Origin: Bacillota bacterium
Lineage (GTDB): Bacteria > Bacillota > DTU030 > DUMP01
DNA length: 64,000 nt
Direction of reading: 5' to 3'
NCBI GenBank assembly: GCA_030154105.1
Contig: JASKKP010000001.1
Span: 81,967 to 145,966, forward strand
Each line of letters begins with the position of its first letter. Position 1 is the first letter of the stretch. A program made the translations under genes and the position numbers. Shown here one piece after another: positions 39,258-48,681 of this stretch. The notes under the pieces are model-generated. The model saw only the letters and a program-made list of their open reading frames with translations. It did not search any database and had not been told where the DNA came from.

Positions 39258-40850
39258 ATGCGCTTGGTGACGGCGGCAGAAATGCGCGCTGCAGACGAAT
39301 ATACCGTTCGAGAAATCGGCCTCCCGGAGGCGGTGCTCATGGAGGAGGCCGGCCGGCAGGTGGCGGAGCTGTGCCTTAAGCTTCTTAAGGAAAGACCGGG
39401 ACGGGGCCGCGTTTTTATCTGGGCCGGGAAGGGAAATAACGGTGGCGACGGCCTGGTGGCGGCGCGCCGCCTGGGCCTCGCCGGCTACCACGTGGAAGTG
39501 TTCCTGGTGGCCGAGCATCCCGATGCGCTGCGCGGCGAGGCCCGGCGGAACCTGGAGGTACTGCGAAGGCTGGCCATCCCGGTGAACCAAGCCTGGTCCC
39601 AAGAAGAGATAGCGGCGGCCGAAGTAGTGGGTGCTTCGGGCGACCTGCAGGTGGATGCGCTCCTCGGTACCGGCGCGCGCGGGGCCGTAGGCGGCCCATT
39701 AGCGGCGGCGATTGCCGCCATCAACCGGGGAGGAGTGCCGGTGGTGGCCGTGGACCTTCCTTCCGGCCTGGACGCGGATACGGGGGAGGTTCTTGGCCCG
39801 GCCGTACGGGCGAGCTACACGGTGACGCTGGGGCGGCCCAAAGTTGGCCTTCTTACTTACCCGGGAGCAGAACTGGTGGGCAAGCTGTATGTGGCGGATA
39901 TCGGCATTCCTGCTCTGGCGTATCCGGAGGAAGCGCCGGCCGTTTTGCTCCTGGAGGCGGACACGGTGGCCGCCTGGCTGCCTGCCTGGACCCCGACCAC
40001 GCACAAGGGAGAGCGGGGGAGGGTTTTTGTGGTGGGCGGGTCGCCCGGCCTTACCGGAGCTGCCTGCCTGGCCGGGGAAGCGGCGCTGCGCGCCGGGGCG
40101 GGCCTGGTAACCGTAGGCGTGCCCGAAGGAGTACACGACATCTTCGAAGTAAAGCTTACCGAGGTCATGACCACCCCACTGCCGGAGGCGGAAGACGGTA
40201 CTTTAGCTGCCTCCGCTGCCGCTACCATCCTGGAGCGGGCGGCGCAGGCGGATGCTCTGGCCGTGGGCCCAGGGCTCGGGCGCGGAGAGGAGCTCCCATC
40301 CCTTTTGGCCGAGCTGGTGCGGGAAAGCCAGGTGCCGCTGGTTATAGATGCAGACGGGCTGAACGCTCTCGCCGGGCAACTGGGGGTACTCGGTGAAGCG
40401 GCGGCACCGCTAATCCTCACGCCGCACCCTGGGGAACTGGCGCGGCTTACGCGCAGCACTCCGGCCGAGGCGCAGGCGCACCGGCTGCCGCTGGCCAGGG
40501 ATCTGGCGCGCGAGTGGAAGGCGGTGGTAGTTCTCAAGGGGGCGCGCACCGTCATCGCCGCGCCCGATGGGACGTGCTACATCAACCCAACCGGGAATCC
40601 CGGTCTCGCTACGGGAGGAACCGGGGACGTTCTTACCGGGGTCATCGCCGCCCTCCTGGCGCAGGGGCTCGAACCCGTCCAAGCTGCTGCAGCCGGGGTG
40701 TTCCTGCACGGCCTGGCCGGCGACCTGGCGGCGGAAAGGGTCGGCGGGGAACGGGGCTTGGTGGCCGGGGACGTACTAAGCGCCCTGCCTTCTGCCCTGG
40801 CCGCTGTGCTCCGGGGCGAGGCGTGTGGGCGGGTCGTACACGCGCTTTAG
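39258..40850 (+). CDS. nnr: Bifunctional NAD(P)H-hydrate epimerase/dehydratase
   Basis: GKGNNGGDG, DALLGTG, HKG-RG, DADGLN, TPHPGE, TGGTGDVL. Confidence 0.95.
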   Translation: MRLVTAAEMRAADEYTVREIGLPEAVLMEEAGRQVAELCLKLLKERPGRGRVFIWAGKGNNGGDGLVAARRLGLAGYHVEVFLVAEHPDALRGEARRNLEVLRRLAIPVNQAWSQEEIAAAEVVGASGDLQVDALLGTGARGAVGGPLAAAIAAINRGGVPVVAVDLPSGLDADTGEVLGPAVRASYTVTLGRPKVGLLTYPGAELVGKLYVADIGIPALAYPEEAPAVLLLEADTVAAWLPAWTPTTHKGERGRVFVVGGSPGLTGAACLAGEAALRAGAGLVTVGVPEGVHDIFEVKLTEVMTTPLPEAEDGTLAASAAATILERAAQADALAVGPGLGRGEELPSLLAELVRESQVPLVIDADGLNALAGQLGVLGEAAAPLILTPHPGELARLTRSTPAEAQAHRLPLARDLAREWKAVVVLKGARTVIAAPDGTCYINPTGNPGLATGGTGDVLTGVIAALLAQGLEPVQAAAAGVFLHGLAGDLAAERVGGERGLVAGDVLSALPSALAAVLRGEACGRVVHAL

Positions 40851-40900
40851 GCGGAGTCCTCGGTGGCACTTATTCCCAGCTGCCCGCGGGGGTATGCGCG

Positions 40901-40939
40901 TTGACAGAACCTGCCAGCCAATATATAATTAATCTGTCA
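40901..40939 (+). promoter_or_regulatory. Consensus sigma-A promoter with overlapping inverted repeat (probable antitoxin operator)
   Basis: TTGACA(40901)-17 nt-TATAAT(40924); TGACAGA(40902)/TCTGTCA(40933) inverted repeat. Confidence 0.75.
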
Positions 40940-40976
40940 CCGCGTATATACCGCTTGCTATACGGAGGTGCCTTCG

Positions 40977-41258
40977 GTGGCCGAGCTCAAACGCATTATG
41001 ATCACGGTACCGACCAGCTTGCTCCGGGAAGTGGACGGGGTGGTAGCGGTAGAAAAAGGGAGCCGGAGCGAGTTTATCCGCGAGGCACTAAACCGTTTCC
41101 TAGAAGAGCGTAAGCGGCGGGAGCTCCGCGATCGGATGAAAAATGGATACCTGGAGATGGCTAAAATAAATCTTGAGCTGGCCGAGGAAGGGCTGCCGAG
41201 CGAGGATGATGCCGACGAGGTATGGCAGTCCTTCCTGGACGAAGTGGAGAGTGAGTAA
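40977..41258 (+). CDS. ndoAI: Ribbon-helix-helix antitoxin (NdoAI/MazE-type)
   Basis: RIMITVP--LL-EVD...SRSEFIREA; MK-GYLEMAKINL-LA; GGAGGTG RBS. Confidence 0.88.
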   Translation: MAELKRIMITVPTSLLREVDGVVAVEKGSRSEFIREALNRFLEERKRRELRDRMKNGYLEMAKINLELAEEGLPSEDDADEVWQSFLDEVESE

Positions 41259-41261
41259 AAC

Positions 41262-41612
41262 GTGATTGTGCAGCGCGGGGACATTTTTTATGCAGATCTG
41301 CGCCCGGTGGTAGGTTCGGAGCAGGGGGGAATCCGGCCGGTATTGATCTTGCAGAACGATATCGGTAATCGCTACAGCCCTACCACCATCGTGGCGGCCA
41401 TAACCTCCCAAATCAACAAGGCGCGGCTACCGACGCACGTAGAACTTAAGGCCGAGGAGTTCAACTTAGAACGCGACTCGGTCATTTTACTGGAACAGAT
41501 CCGCACGATCGACAAGAGGCGCCTCAAGAGCCGCATCGGTCACTTGGAGGGCGAGATAATGGACAAGGTCAACCACGGGCTGATGATCAGCCTGGGTTTA
41601 ATCGAAATTTAG
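41262..41612 (+). CDS. ndoA: MazF/PemK-family mRNA interferase EndoA
   Basis: [31 protein letters not shown]. Confidence 0.95.
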   Translation: MIVQRGDIFYADLRPVVGSEQGGIRPVLILQNDIGNRYSPTTIVAAITSQINKARLPTHVELKAEEFNLERDSVILLEQIRTIDKRRLKSRIGHLEGEIMDKVNHGLMISLGLIEI

Positions 41613-41665
41613 TACATACTTCGGTTAGTACATATTTGTCATAGGATTTCGAGAGGAAGAAATCC

Positions 41666-42523
41666 ATGGAGGTTTATGCGCTCATAGGGCCGAGCGGTAC
41701 GGGAAAAAGCCATCGGGCGCAGGCCGTCGCCTACGCCCATGACATCGATACCATCTTGGACGACGGGCTTCTTATTCACGGCAGCCGCATCGTAGCCGGT
41801 TTTTCCGCCAAACGCGAGCCGACCAAACTGCAGGCGATACGGCGGGCTATCTTTACGGACCCGGAACATGCCGCCAGCGTACGCGCCAAGCTGGCCGAGC
41901 TCAACCCGGCACGGCTGCTGGTGATTACCACCTCCGACCGGATGTTGGAGCGGGTGAGTGAGCGGCTGGGCCTGCCGCCGCCGACCCGCGTCATCCGTAT
42001 TGAAGAGGTGGCCACGCCACGCCAAATTGCCCGCGCGCTCGAGGCTCGGGCCAGAGAAGGAAAGCACGTCATCCCGGTACCGACCATTGAAGTAAAAAAG
42101 AACCTGCCGGGCATTCTCGTCGACCCGCTGCACTATTTCTTCCCCCGCACCGGGCGGGGGCAACCGCTCAAGCGGGGGGAGAAGAGCATTGTCCGGCCCA
42201 CCTTCAGCTACATCGGGCGGCTTTCCATTGCCGAAAGCGCCATTTGCGCCTTGGCCCGGGAGCTTGCCCGGGGAACGCCGGGTCTGGCCCGCGTGCTCAA
42301 AACCAGCGTCGTCGAAGAGAAGCATGAAATCTGGGTGGGGGTCGAGGTGGCGGTGGCGGGTTATATGGAGATCCCGCCCCTCCTTTACGACATTCAGCGC
42401 CGCCTGAAAGAAGGCTTGGAAGAGCTGACGGGCCTCGTGGTGCGGCAGGTGGATGTGACGGCCCGGGCGATAGTGCTGCCAGCGGCTCAGGGAAGCGGGG
42501 AAGCGGGCCGGGTGAGAATCTGA
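41666..42523 (+). CDS. Conserved hypothetical P-loop protein with C-terminal Asp23/Gls24-like domain
   Basis: GPSGTGKS at N-terminus; IQ-RLKEGLEELTGL-V--VDV C-terminal pattern. Confidence 0.65.
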   Translation: MEVYALIGPSGTGKSHRAQAVAYAHDIDTILDDGLLIHGSRIVAGFSAKREPTKLQAIRRAIFTDPEHAASVRAKLAELNPARLLVITTSDRMLERVSERLGLPPPTRVIRIEEVATPRQIARALEARAREGKHVIPVPTIEVKKNLPGILVDPLHYFFPRTGRGQPLKRGEKSIVRPTFSYIGRLSIAESAICALARELARGTPGLARVLKTSVVEEKHEIWVGVEVAVAGYMEIPPLLYDIQRRLKEGLEELTGLVVRQVDVTARAIVLPAAQGSGEAGRVRI

Positions 42524-42637
42524 ATTTTCGTGATATGCCTCGTTCCATGGGGCGGGCAAGAAATTGCCTCCCGCGAATGAGGTGTATTATAATGAAAAAA
42601 GGAACCTTAAAGCAATTGCGAAAGGGAGGCTCTGCTG

Positions 42638-43741
42638 GTGGGCGAGAGGGAGAAACTGTTCCGTAGAGGGATCGCGGAGATCAAGCCGTACGTGCCGGGC
42701 AAACCCATCGAGGACGTGCAGCGGGAATTGGGTCTTACGGAAGTGATCAAGCTCGCGTCCAACGAAAACCCGCTCGGGCCGTCACCCAAAGCCCTTGCGG
42801 CCATGCACGCGGCTTTGGAGTCGGCGAACATATACCCGGACGGGGCCTGCACGGAACTGGCCAAGAAGCTGGGGGCCAAGTTGGGCGTGGACCCGGATTG
42901 GCTCATCTTTGCCAACGGCGAAGACAACATCATCACCCTCATTTCCAAGACCTTCCTCAATGAGGGTGAGGAGATGATCATGGCCGATCCCAGTTTCTCC
43001 AGCTTTGAAATCAGCGCCCGCGCCATGGGAGCGAAGGTTATCATGGTACCGGTGCGGCCCGATTTCACGACGGACCTTACGGCTATGGCGTCGGCCATCA
43101 CGGAAAGGACCAAACTTATCTTCCTCTGTAACCCCAATAACCCTACTGGGACCATCAACACCCGCAAAGAGGTGGAAGAGTTCCTGAAGAAGGTTCCGGA
43201 GCACGTGATCGTGGTGCTGGACGAGGCTTACAAGGAATTCGTGGACGACCCGGAGTACCCGGATGGTCTGGACTACGTACGGGCCGGGCGCAACGTGATC
43301 GTCAGCCGGACCTTCTCTAAGATTTACGGCCTGGCCGGTCTGCGCATTGGTTACGCCGTCGGCCATCCGGACTTTATCGGCGGCATGAAGCGCATTCGCG
43401 AGGCCTTTGCCGCCAACCGCGTTGCCCAGGCCGGCGCGCTGGCCGCCCTGGACGACGACGAGTTTGTAAAGAAGGTCCACGACCTAATCAGCGCCGGGCG
43501 CGAGTACCTGTACAAAGAGTTCGAGCGCCTCGGGCTCCCGTACGTTAAGAGCCAAACCAATTTCATCCTGGTGGACACAAAAGAGGATATCAGGCGCGTC
43601 TTCCAAGATCTCCAGCGCGAGGGCGTCATCATTCGCCCAGGCCACATCTGGAACTTGCCCACTCACGCCCGGGTTACCGTAGGCACTCCGGAACAGAACG
43701 AAAAATTCATCCGCGCCCTGGAAAAAGTTTTGGCCTTGTGA
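42638..43741 (+). CDS. hisC: Histidinol-phosphate aminotransferase
   Basis: KLASNENP, CNPNNPTG, VLDEAY, RTFSKIYGLAGLRIGY. Confidence 0.9.
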   Translation: MGEREKLFRRGIAEIKPYVPGKPIEDVQRELGLTEVIKLASNENPLGPSPKALAAMHAALESANIYPDGACTELAKKLGAKLGVDPDWLIFANGEDNIITLISKTFLNEGEEMIMADPSFSSFEISARAMGAKVIMVPVRPDFTTDLTAMASAITERTKLIFLCNPNNPTGTINTRKEVEEFLKKVPEHVIVVLDEAYKEFVDDPEYPDGLDYVRAGRNVIVSRTFSKIYGLAGLRIGYAVGHPDFIGGMKRIREAFAANRVAQAGALAALDDDEFVKKVHDLISAGREYLYKEFERLGLPYVKSQTNFILVDTKEDIRRVFQDLQREGVIIRPGHIWNLPTHARVTVGTPEQNEKFIRALEKVLAL

Positions 43742-43760
43742 TATAATCGCCTCAAGGTTT

Positions 43761-43855
43761 GGCAGAGTAGGCGCCATGCGTGAAGTGCCAAAGGATGGAA
43801 CGTTGCCTTTGGACGAAGGGCCTCAGCCCGCGATATGGTGCCGCGTTCGCTGCCA
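43761..43855 (+). ncRNA. THF (tetrahydrofolate) riboswitch
   Basis: GCAGAGTAGG...GCGTGAAGTG...GATGGAACGTTGCC...ACGAAG...GCG...GCGTTCGCTGC fits the THF-I aptamer; extended -10 TGaTATAAT just upstream; hairpin at 43868-43907 occludes the folT RBS. Confidence 0.9.
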
Positions 43856-43919
43856 CATCAGAGGGGCCCTTCCCTTTGGTGTGGCCCTGCCACAACCAAA
43901 GGGAAGGGAGGTGAAGGCT

Positions 43920-44459
43920 GTGAACAAAACGACCCAACGGCTGGCCTATCTGGCCGTGCTGGTCGCCCTGAACGTGGTGCTTACCCGGGTGGCCAGCCTG
44001 CGGGTGGCCATCGGCGGGGTGGAAGGGATCCGCATCGGGTTTGGCGGCCTGCCGGTCATCCTGGCGGGCGTGCTCTGGGGGCCCGGTGCAGGGGCACTGG
44101 TAGGTGGCGTAGGGGATGTCGTGGGCTACTTCATCAACCCTATGGGTGCTTACATGCCCCACTTTACTCTGACGGCTGCCCTTACCGGAGCCATTCCGGC
44201 CCTCGTTTTAAAGTTGATCCACCAGGAGCACTACCCCAGCCTGGGGGCACTCCTTCTGGCCATTCTGGTCGGGCAAACCGTCACGTCGCTCATCTTGGTA
44301 CCGTATTTCCTGGAGAGCTTGTTTGGTATTCCCTGGCGGCCTCTCCTTGTGCCGCGCATCATTGGGCAGGCCGTGCACATTCCCGCTTACGCCTTCTTCA
44401 TCTACGCCCTGGTCCGCCGCGCCGGTTTGGCCACGAGACTGGGCTTAAACCACGAATAA
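43920..44459 (+). CDS. folT: Folate ECF transporter S component
   Basis: LA-L-AL-VVL-R, RIGFGGLP, GPG-G--VG--GDVVG, PHFTLTA; THF riboswitch upstream. Confidence 0.9.
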   Translation: MNKTTQRLAYLAVLVALNVVLTRVASLRVAIGGVEGIRIGFGGLPVILAGVLWGPGAGALVGGVGDVVGYFINPMGAYMPHFTLTAALTGAIPALVLKLIHQEHYPSLGALLLAILVGQTVTSLILVPYFLESLFGIPWRPLLVPRIIGQAVHIPAYAFFIYALVRRAGLATRLGLNHE

Positions 44460-44464
44460 GCAAC

Positions 44465-44491
44465 AAAAGAGCGGCTCAAGCCGCTCTTTTT
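44465..44491. terminator. Bidirectional intrinsic terminator between folT and luxS
   Basis: AAAAGAGCGGC-TCAA-GCCGCTCTTTTT. Confidence 0.85.
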
Positions 44492-44499
44492 AAGTTTAA

Positions 44500-44517
44500 G
44501 TGCGCCCGGCATGGGTG
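44500..44517 (+). mobile_element. 5'-terminal remnant of a group IIC intron
   Basis: GTGCGCCCGGCATGGGTG, the characteristic IIC 5' end, 9 nt after a terminator stem; no further intron sequence. Confidence 0.6.
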
Positions 44518-44534
44518 AAATGGCCGTCCCAATA

Positions 44535-45020
44535 TCAATGCTTCTCGACGGCTGTGCCGCTCCCGTAGGGATCGGTGAGAAAACGGGCCTCGTGGGCCAA
44601 GAAATCCCGGATGGCTTTTTTAGCGCCCTGCAGGTCATGGCAGCGAAAGTTGCCGCACTGCGTTTCATTCTGGGCCGGAACGTGCTCATACCGAAGGGCC
44701 TCTTCCATGGCGGCCCTTAGGACCCGCTCGGCCCAAACTTCGTCATAGTCGCCGAAGACGGTAAGGTAAAACCCTGTGCCGCAGCCCATGGGGGAAAAGT
44801 CGATGATGTTGTCGGCCTGCCAGCGGAGCCTTTCGGCCAAGAGGTGTTCAATAGTATGGAGCACGGGAGGCGGAAGAAACTTCTGATTCGGCTGGGTGAA
44901 ACGGACGTCAAACTTGCTCACCACGACGCCGGCGTGGGCTTTACGGGCGGCCAGGCGGATATAGGGGGCGACGACCTTCGTGTGATCGAGGCTGAAGGAC
45001 TCTACCTTGTAGTTTTCCAC
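44535..45020 (-). CDS. luxS: S-ribosylhomocysteine lyase
   Basis: VESF-LDH, HTIEH, SPMGC-TGFY, CGN; AAGGAGGTG RBS before GTG 45020. Confidence 0.95.
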   Translation of the reverse strand: MENYKVESFSLDHTKVVAPYIRLAARKAHAGVVVSKFDVRFTQPNQKFLPPPVLHTIEHLLAERLRWQADNIIDFSPMGCGTGFYLTVFGDYDEVWAERVLRAAMEEALRYEHVPAQNETQCGNFRCHDLQGAKKAIRDFLAHEARFLTDPYGSGTAVEKH

Positions 45021-45140
45021 GGCAACACACCTCCTTTTACGCCGCGCAACATGAGGACGGTAGTGTAGGCTTGGCATCCAGCAGTGGGTCGTAAAAAACT
45101 TCAACGCTCCTCGTAGAAATTCCTACCTTGAAAATACTGA

Positions 45141-45321
45141 GGCCGAAGGGCATCTCCCGCAGGGCGCGTTACGTACCGTCATTAGAAGAACGCAGGCGAG
45201 CGAGGGAAAGCGCGGGCGGTGTTTGAGGCCCGCAGGGCCGAGTTCTGCCCGCGCCCCGAGCGAGCCGAGTTCGTTCGTCCTCAGGTCGTTCGCGCCGCCG
45301 GGGGATGCCCGAGGGCCGAAG
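45141..45321. repeat. Nested-palindrome intergenic element (MITE/REP-like or structured RNA)
   Basis: Imperfect terminal IR GGCATCTCCC..GGCGCG / CGCGCC..GGGGGATGCC, inner GCGCGGGCGG/CTGCCCGCGC stem and GGCCC-GCA-GGGCC hairpin, flanked by GGCCGAAG direct repeats. Confidence 0.55.
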
Positions 45322-45430
45322 TTTTCATCCTCAGGTAGTGCCGCTAGCGGCATGGATGTCTACCTTTAAGGGCCCGGCGGCGAAACAGTACCCTGAGGGG
45401 GGGTAAGGTAGCACCTACCGTTGCCCGATC

Positions 45431-46219
45431 TTACTTTGCCGCGCTGGTGGACAGGGCGCGGTAGACGACCTCGGAAATCCGGGCGATGGCCTCGACGCCG
45501 GCGGAATTGGCGGCGAGGTCGGCGGTGAGGACGACGAGGATGTAGGGACGGCCGGGCAGGAAGATGATACCGGCATCGTGTTCGAGGCCGTCAAGGTCGC
45601 CGGTCTTATGGGCAACCACCACGTCCTTAGGAAGGTAGGCCGGTAACTTGTTCCTTAGCTGCTGGCGCTTCATGATATCGATAATAGTGGCCGAGGCAGC
45701 AGGGCCGACCACTTTTCCTTCGTAGAGAAGTTTAAGGAGGAGGCCCAGATCTCCGGCGGAGGTAAAGTTGTTGCGGCCGGCGCGGGCAGCTTCAAAGTCC
45801 ATCATTTTGCGCTGCAGTACCGTATGCTTAAGCCCCAGCTCCCGGCACAGAGCGTTAACGGCTTCCGTACCTACGAGGTCGATGAGCTGGTTGGTGGCGG
45901 TATTGTCGCTCTGGATGATCATAAGGGTGGCCAAGTCGCGGACGGTGGGCCTGAGATTCGGGTTTAGCTCGCCGAGCACGCCGGCGCCACCGACCCGGTT
46001 GGATGAGGCAATGGCCACCTGGTCGTTCAGGCTAAATTTCCCGGCTTCTGCGGCTTTGAGCACCGCCGCTAGGAGCGGGATCTTGATGGTACTGGCAGAG
46101 GGAAAGACCCTTTCCGGATTTACCGTGAAGGTCTCCCCACCGGTTAGGTCCTCCAGGTACATGGCAACCTTCCCTTCCAAGCTCCCCAGCACCGAAAAGA
46201 CTTCTCTTTCCGGAAACAT
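45431..46219 (-). CDS. Class A beta-lactamase-like serine hydrolase, no signal peptide
   Basis: SASTIK (SxxK), SDN, HKTG. Confidence 0.88.
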   Translation of the reverse strand: MFPEREVFSVLGSLEGKVAMYLEDLTGGETFTVNPERVFPSASTIKIPLLAAVLKAAEAGKFSLNDQVAIASSNRVGGAGVLGELNPNLRPTVRDLATLMIIQSDNTATNQLIDLVGTEAVNALCRELGLKHTVLQRKMMDFEAARAGRNNFTSAGDLGLLLKLLYEGKVVGPAASATIIDIMKRQQLRNKLPAYLPKDVVVAHKTGDLDGLEHDAGIIFLPGRPYILVVLTADLAANSAGVEAIARISEVVYRALSTSAAK

Positions 46220-46398
46220 GGCAACACCCCGCAGTCCAAAAAGCATATTCTCCGTCGGTTTAAACTATGATGCAGATAGCCTTGATAGTCTAAGACGTCG
46301 GCGGGAAAGGCGGGCGCGCGGAGAATCCGTCGAAACAAGGCAGGAGGAACTTACTTCCAAAATGTGGAAGTTAAGCTGGAGAACTTATCGGGTAAGGG

Positions 46399-47433
46399 GT
46401 GTTGCGCGTGTTTGGCGGACGGCGAAGCGAGCGGCTAAGCGCTCTGGTGATGGTTTTGCTGCTAGCGACGGGGCAGCTGAGCTGGGCGGCGAGAGCTGCG
46501 GGTGGTACCGGGGGAAATAAGGATACTCATAGAGAGGATGCGGTGGCGGTCGGAGGGGAAAGCACCTTCGTTGCTACTGCCGCCGTAGGCGTGGCGTTGG
46601 CGCCGGTAGGAGAGGCGGCGGGGCTTTGTCCGGTGGCGGCCTTCGTTCGCGCGCTGGGCGGCCGCATTAAGGAGGGCGCGGAAGGACGGCTGGTTGCGGG
46701 CTTACCGGTGGGAGAGCTTACACTTATCCGCGGTGGGCGGCGCGCGGTGTACGGGGGCGAAGAGCGCGTTTTGGCCTCGGCGCCGGTGCAGGGCGTGGAC
46801 GGCTTGTATTTGGCGCCGCAGGAGCTGGCCAAGCTCCTAAGCCTGAAAGTCGAGCTTCACGGCGAAGAAGCGCTTTTTCTTATGCCCTCCGCCGGGGAGG
46901 AGCTACGGCTCGTCGAGGCCCGTACTTATGCCGATGGACCGGCTTGGTACCTGGTAGGGCGCGTACGCAATCAAGGGAGGCTGGCCCGGGAGCTCGTGCG
47001 GATCTCTTGGGAGGTGGGCAACGGCGCCGGGGAGGTGATTGCCGCGGCGGCCGGGTACATCAACTTCCTCAATCCAGGCGAGGCCAAAGCGTTCAAACTC
47101 GTGCTGCCGCTCCGCCCAGATGCGGCCTGGTTCCGCATCGCCACGGCGGCCGGCTTTCCGGGGAGGCCGCGCCGGTTAGCGCTTACGGCTACCGCCGACC
47201 GCTACAACGACCGGCCGGCCGCCTATCTGAGCCTCCTGGGACGGGTACATAACGAAGGGAAGGCGGGGTACGATTTCTTGAAGGTGGTAGTGGAATTTTA
47301 CAACCACGCCGGCCGGTTGGTGGATGTAGACAGCGTTTTTTTGAGTTACCTGGACCCCGGGAGCAGCCAGGCCTTTACCGTGTACACGCCGAGGGTAGAA
47401 GAGGCGGTAAGCTGGCAAATCAAGTTCGACTGA
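46399..47433 (+). CDS. Exported protein with copper-amine-oxidase-N-like region and two FxLYD-like domains
   Basis: Signal-peptide-like N-terminus; two G-V-N-G...V--FY---G repeats. Confidence 0.55.
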   Translation: MLRVFGGRRSERLSALVMVLLLATGQLSWAARAAGGTGGNKDTHREDAVAVGGESTFVATAAVGVALAPVGEAAGLCPVAAFVRALGGRIKEGAEGRLVAGLPVGELTLIRGGRRAVYGGEERVLASAPVQGVDGLYLAPQELAKLLSLKVELHGEEALFLMPSAGEELRLVEARTYADGPAWYLVGRVRNQGRLARELVRISWEVGNGAGEVIAAAAGYINFLNPGEAKAFKLVLPLRPDAAWFRIATAAGFPGRPRRLALTATADRYNDRPAAYLSLLGRVHNEGKAGYDFLKVVVEFYNHAGRLVDVDSVFLSYLDPGSSQAFTVYTPRVEEAVSWQIKFD

Positions 47434-47443
47434 GGATATTTTC

Positions 47444-47472
47444 TTGACCAGACCCAGGGCCCGGCCTATAAT
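47444..47472 (+). promoter_or_regulatory. Sigma-A promoter of tsaE-tsaB-rimI
   Basis: TTGACC-17 nt-TATAAT. Confidence 0.75.
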
Positions 47473-47519
47473 TGAGGCGAGAATGGGTCAAAAGAAAGCA
47501 CGTTTAGGAAGGGTGCAGG

Positions 47520-47987
47520 GTGCAGGTAACCACCAAGAGTGCTGCAGAAACAGAAAGGATCGGCGCCCTCCTGGGTCAAAAGCTCGAACGGGGCATGGTG
47601 GTGGTTCTGACCGGCGAATTGGGGGCCGGCAAGACGGCCTTTGCCCGCGGTGTGGCGCGCGGGCTGGGAGTGCGCGAGCCGGTAACCAGCCCTACCTTTA
47701 CCCTCATTCAAGAGTATACCGGGCGCCTGCCGCTTTATCATTTCGACGTCTACCGCCTGCAGGACCCGGGGGAACTGGAGGCTCTCGGCTACGATGAATA
47801 CATAGAAGGTGATGGCGTATCCATTATTGAGTGGGGCGACCTGGTAGGGGAGTTTTTGCCCCCAACTTATTTGGAAGTGCACCTCAGCGGGCAGGATGCA
47901 ACCAGAATTCTTACCTTTACCCCCCGCGGCAGCCGGTACGAAAAGCTTGTTGAGGAGCTGAAGGCCAGTGTGGATCCTGGCTCTTGA
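47520..47987 (+). CDS. tsaE: t6A biosynthesis ATPase TsaE
   Basis: GELGAGKT, VTSPTFTL, YHFDVYRL, IEWG. Confidence 0.95.
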   Translation: MQVTTKSAAETERIGALLGQKLERGMVVVLTGELGAGKTAFARGVARGLGVREPVTSPTFTLIQEYTGRLPLYHFDVYRLQDPGELEALGYDEYIEGDGVSIIEWGDLVGEFLPPTYLEVHLSGQDATRILTFTPRGSRYEKLVEELKASVDPGS

Positions 47988-48681
47988 GACGGCCACTCCT
48001 ACGGCTAGCGTGGCCCTCGTTAACGACGGCCAAGTTGTAGTCGAACACAACGAATGTTCGCGGCGGCGCCATGCCGAGAGCCTTGTCCCTACCATTGAAA
48101 GCCTGCTTAAAGAGCAGGGCCTGACCCCGCAAGATCTGGGGGCGGTGGCCTGCGGCAGAGGCCCCGGCTCCTTTACCGGCCTCAGAATTGGTCTCAGCAC
48201 GGCCAAAGGCCTGGCCCAGGCCTTGGGGCTGCCTCTCATCACCGTGAGCACCCTGGATATCCTGGCTGCGGCCGCGTTTTTCCCGGGCGGTTTGGTGGCG
48301 CCGCTAATGGATGCCAAGCAGGGGCATATCTACGTGGCTTTTTACGAGAAAACGTGGCCTTCCCCACATCCTCTAACCGGTTATTTGGCCCTTCGCCCGC
48401 CGGAGCTCGCCTCGGAAGCGTTGCGGCTGGCCGCAGGGCGGGAAGTGGCCGTGTGCGGCGACGGTGTTGCCCTAGCGCAGGAGGCGCTCAGGAAGGCGGA
48501 GGTTAAGGTGTGTGAGCTGCCGCCGGCCTTTAGCTACCCTCGTGCGGGGGTGCTGGGGGTGCTGGCCTTTGCTGAACTGGCAAGAGGCGTGGGCGGGGAT
48601 GCGGCGGCGGCCGAGCCGCTTTATGTGCGGCGGGCTGCGGCCGAGCTGGCCCGGGAGGCTAAACATGGAACTCGTTCCTGA
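47968..48681 (+). CDS. tsaB: t6A biosynthesis protein TsaB
   Basis: LALETAT, HAESL, GPGSFTGLRIG, PLYVR. Confidence 0.95.
   Translation: MWILALETATPTASVALVNDGQVVVEHNECSRRRHAESLVPTIESLLKEQGLTPQDLGAVACGRGPGSFTGLRIGLSTAKGLAQALGLPLITVSTLDILAAAAFFPGGLVAPLMDAKQGHIYVAFYEKTWPSPHPLTGYLALRPPELASEALRLAAGREVAVCGDGVALAQEALRKAEVKVCELPPAFSYPRAGVLGVLAFAELARGVGGDAAAAEPLYVRRAAAELAREAKHGTRS

Noticed and set aside
45060-45420. SAM or SAH riboswitch upstream of luxS
   Set aside because: No ATCAAGAG/GCAACC SAM-I core or SAH core on the luxS strand
45431-46219. Antibiotic-resistance beta-lactamase
   Set aside because: The fold motifs are present but there is no signal peptide; more likely a cytoplasmic serine hydrolase
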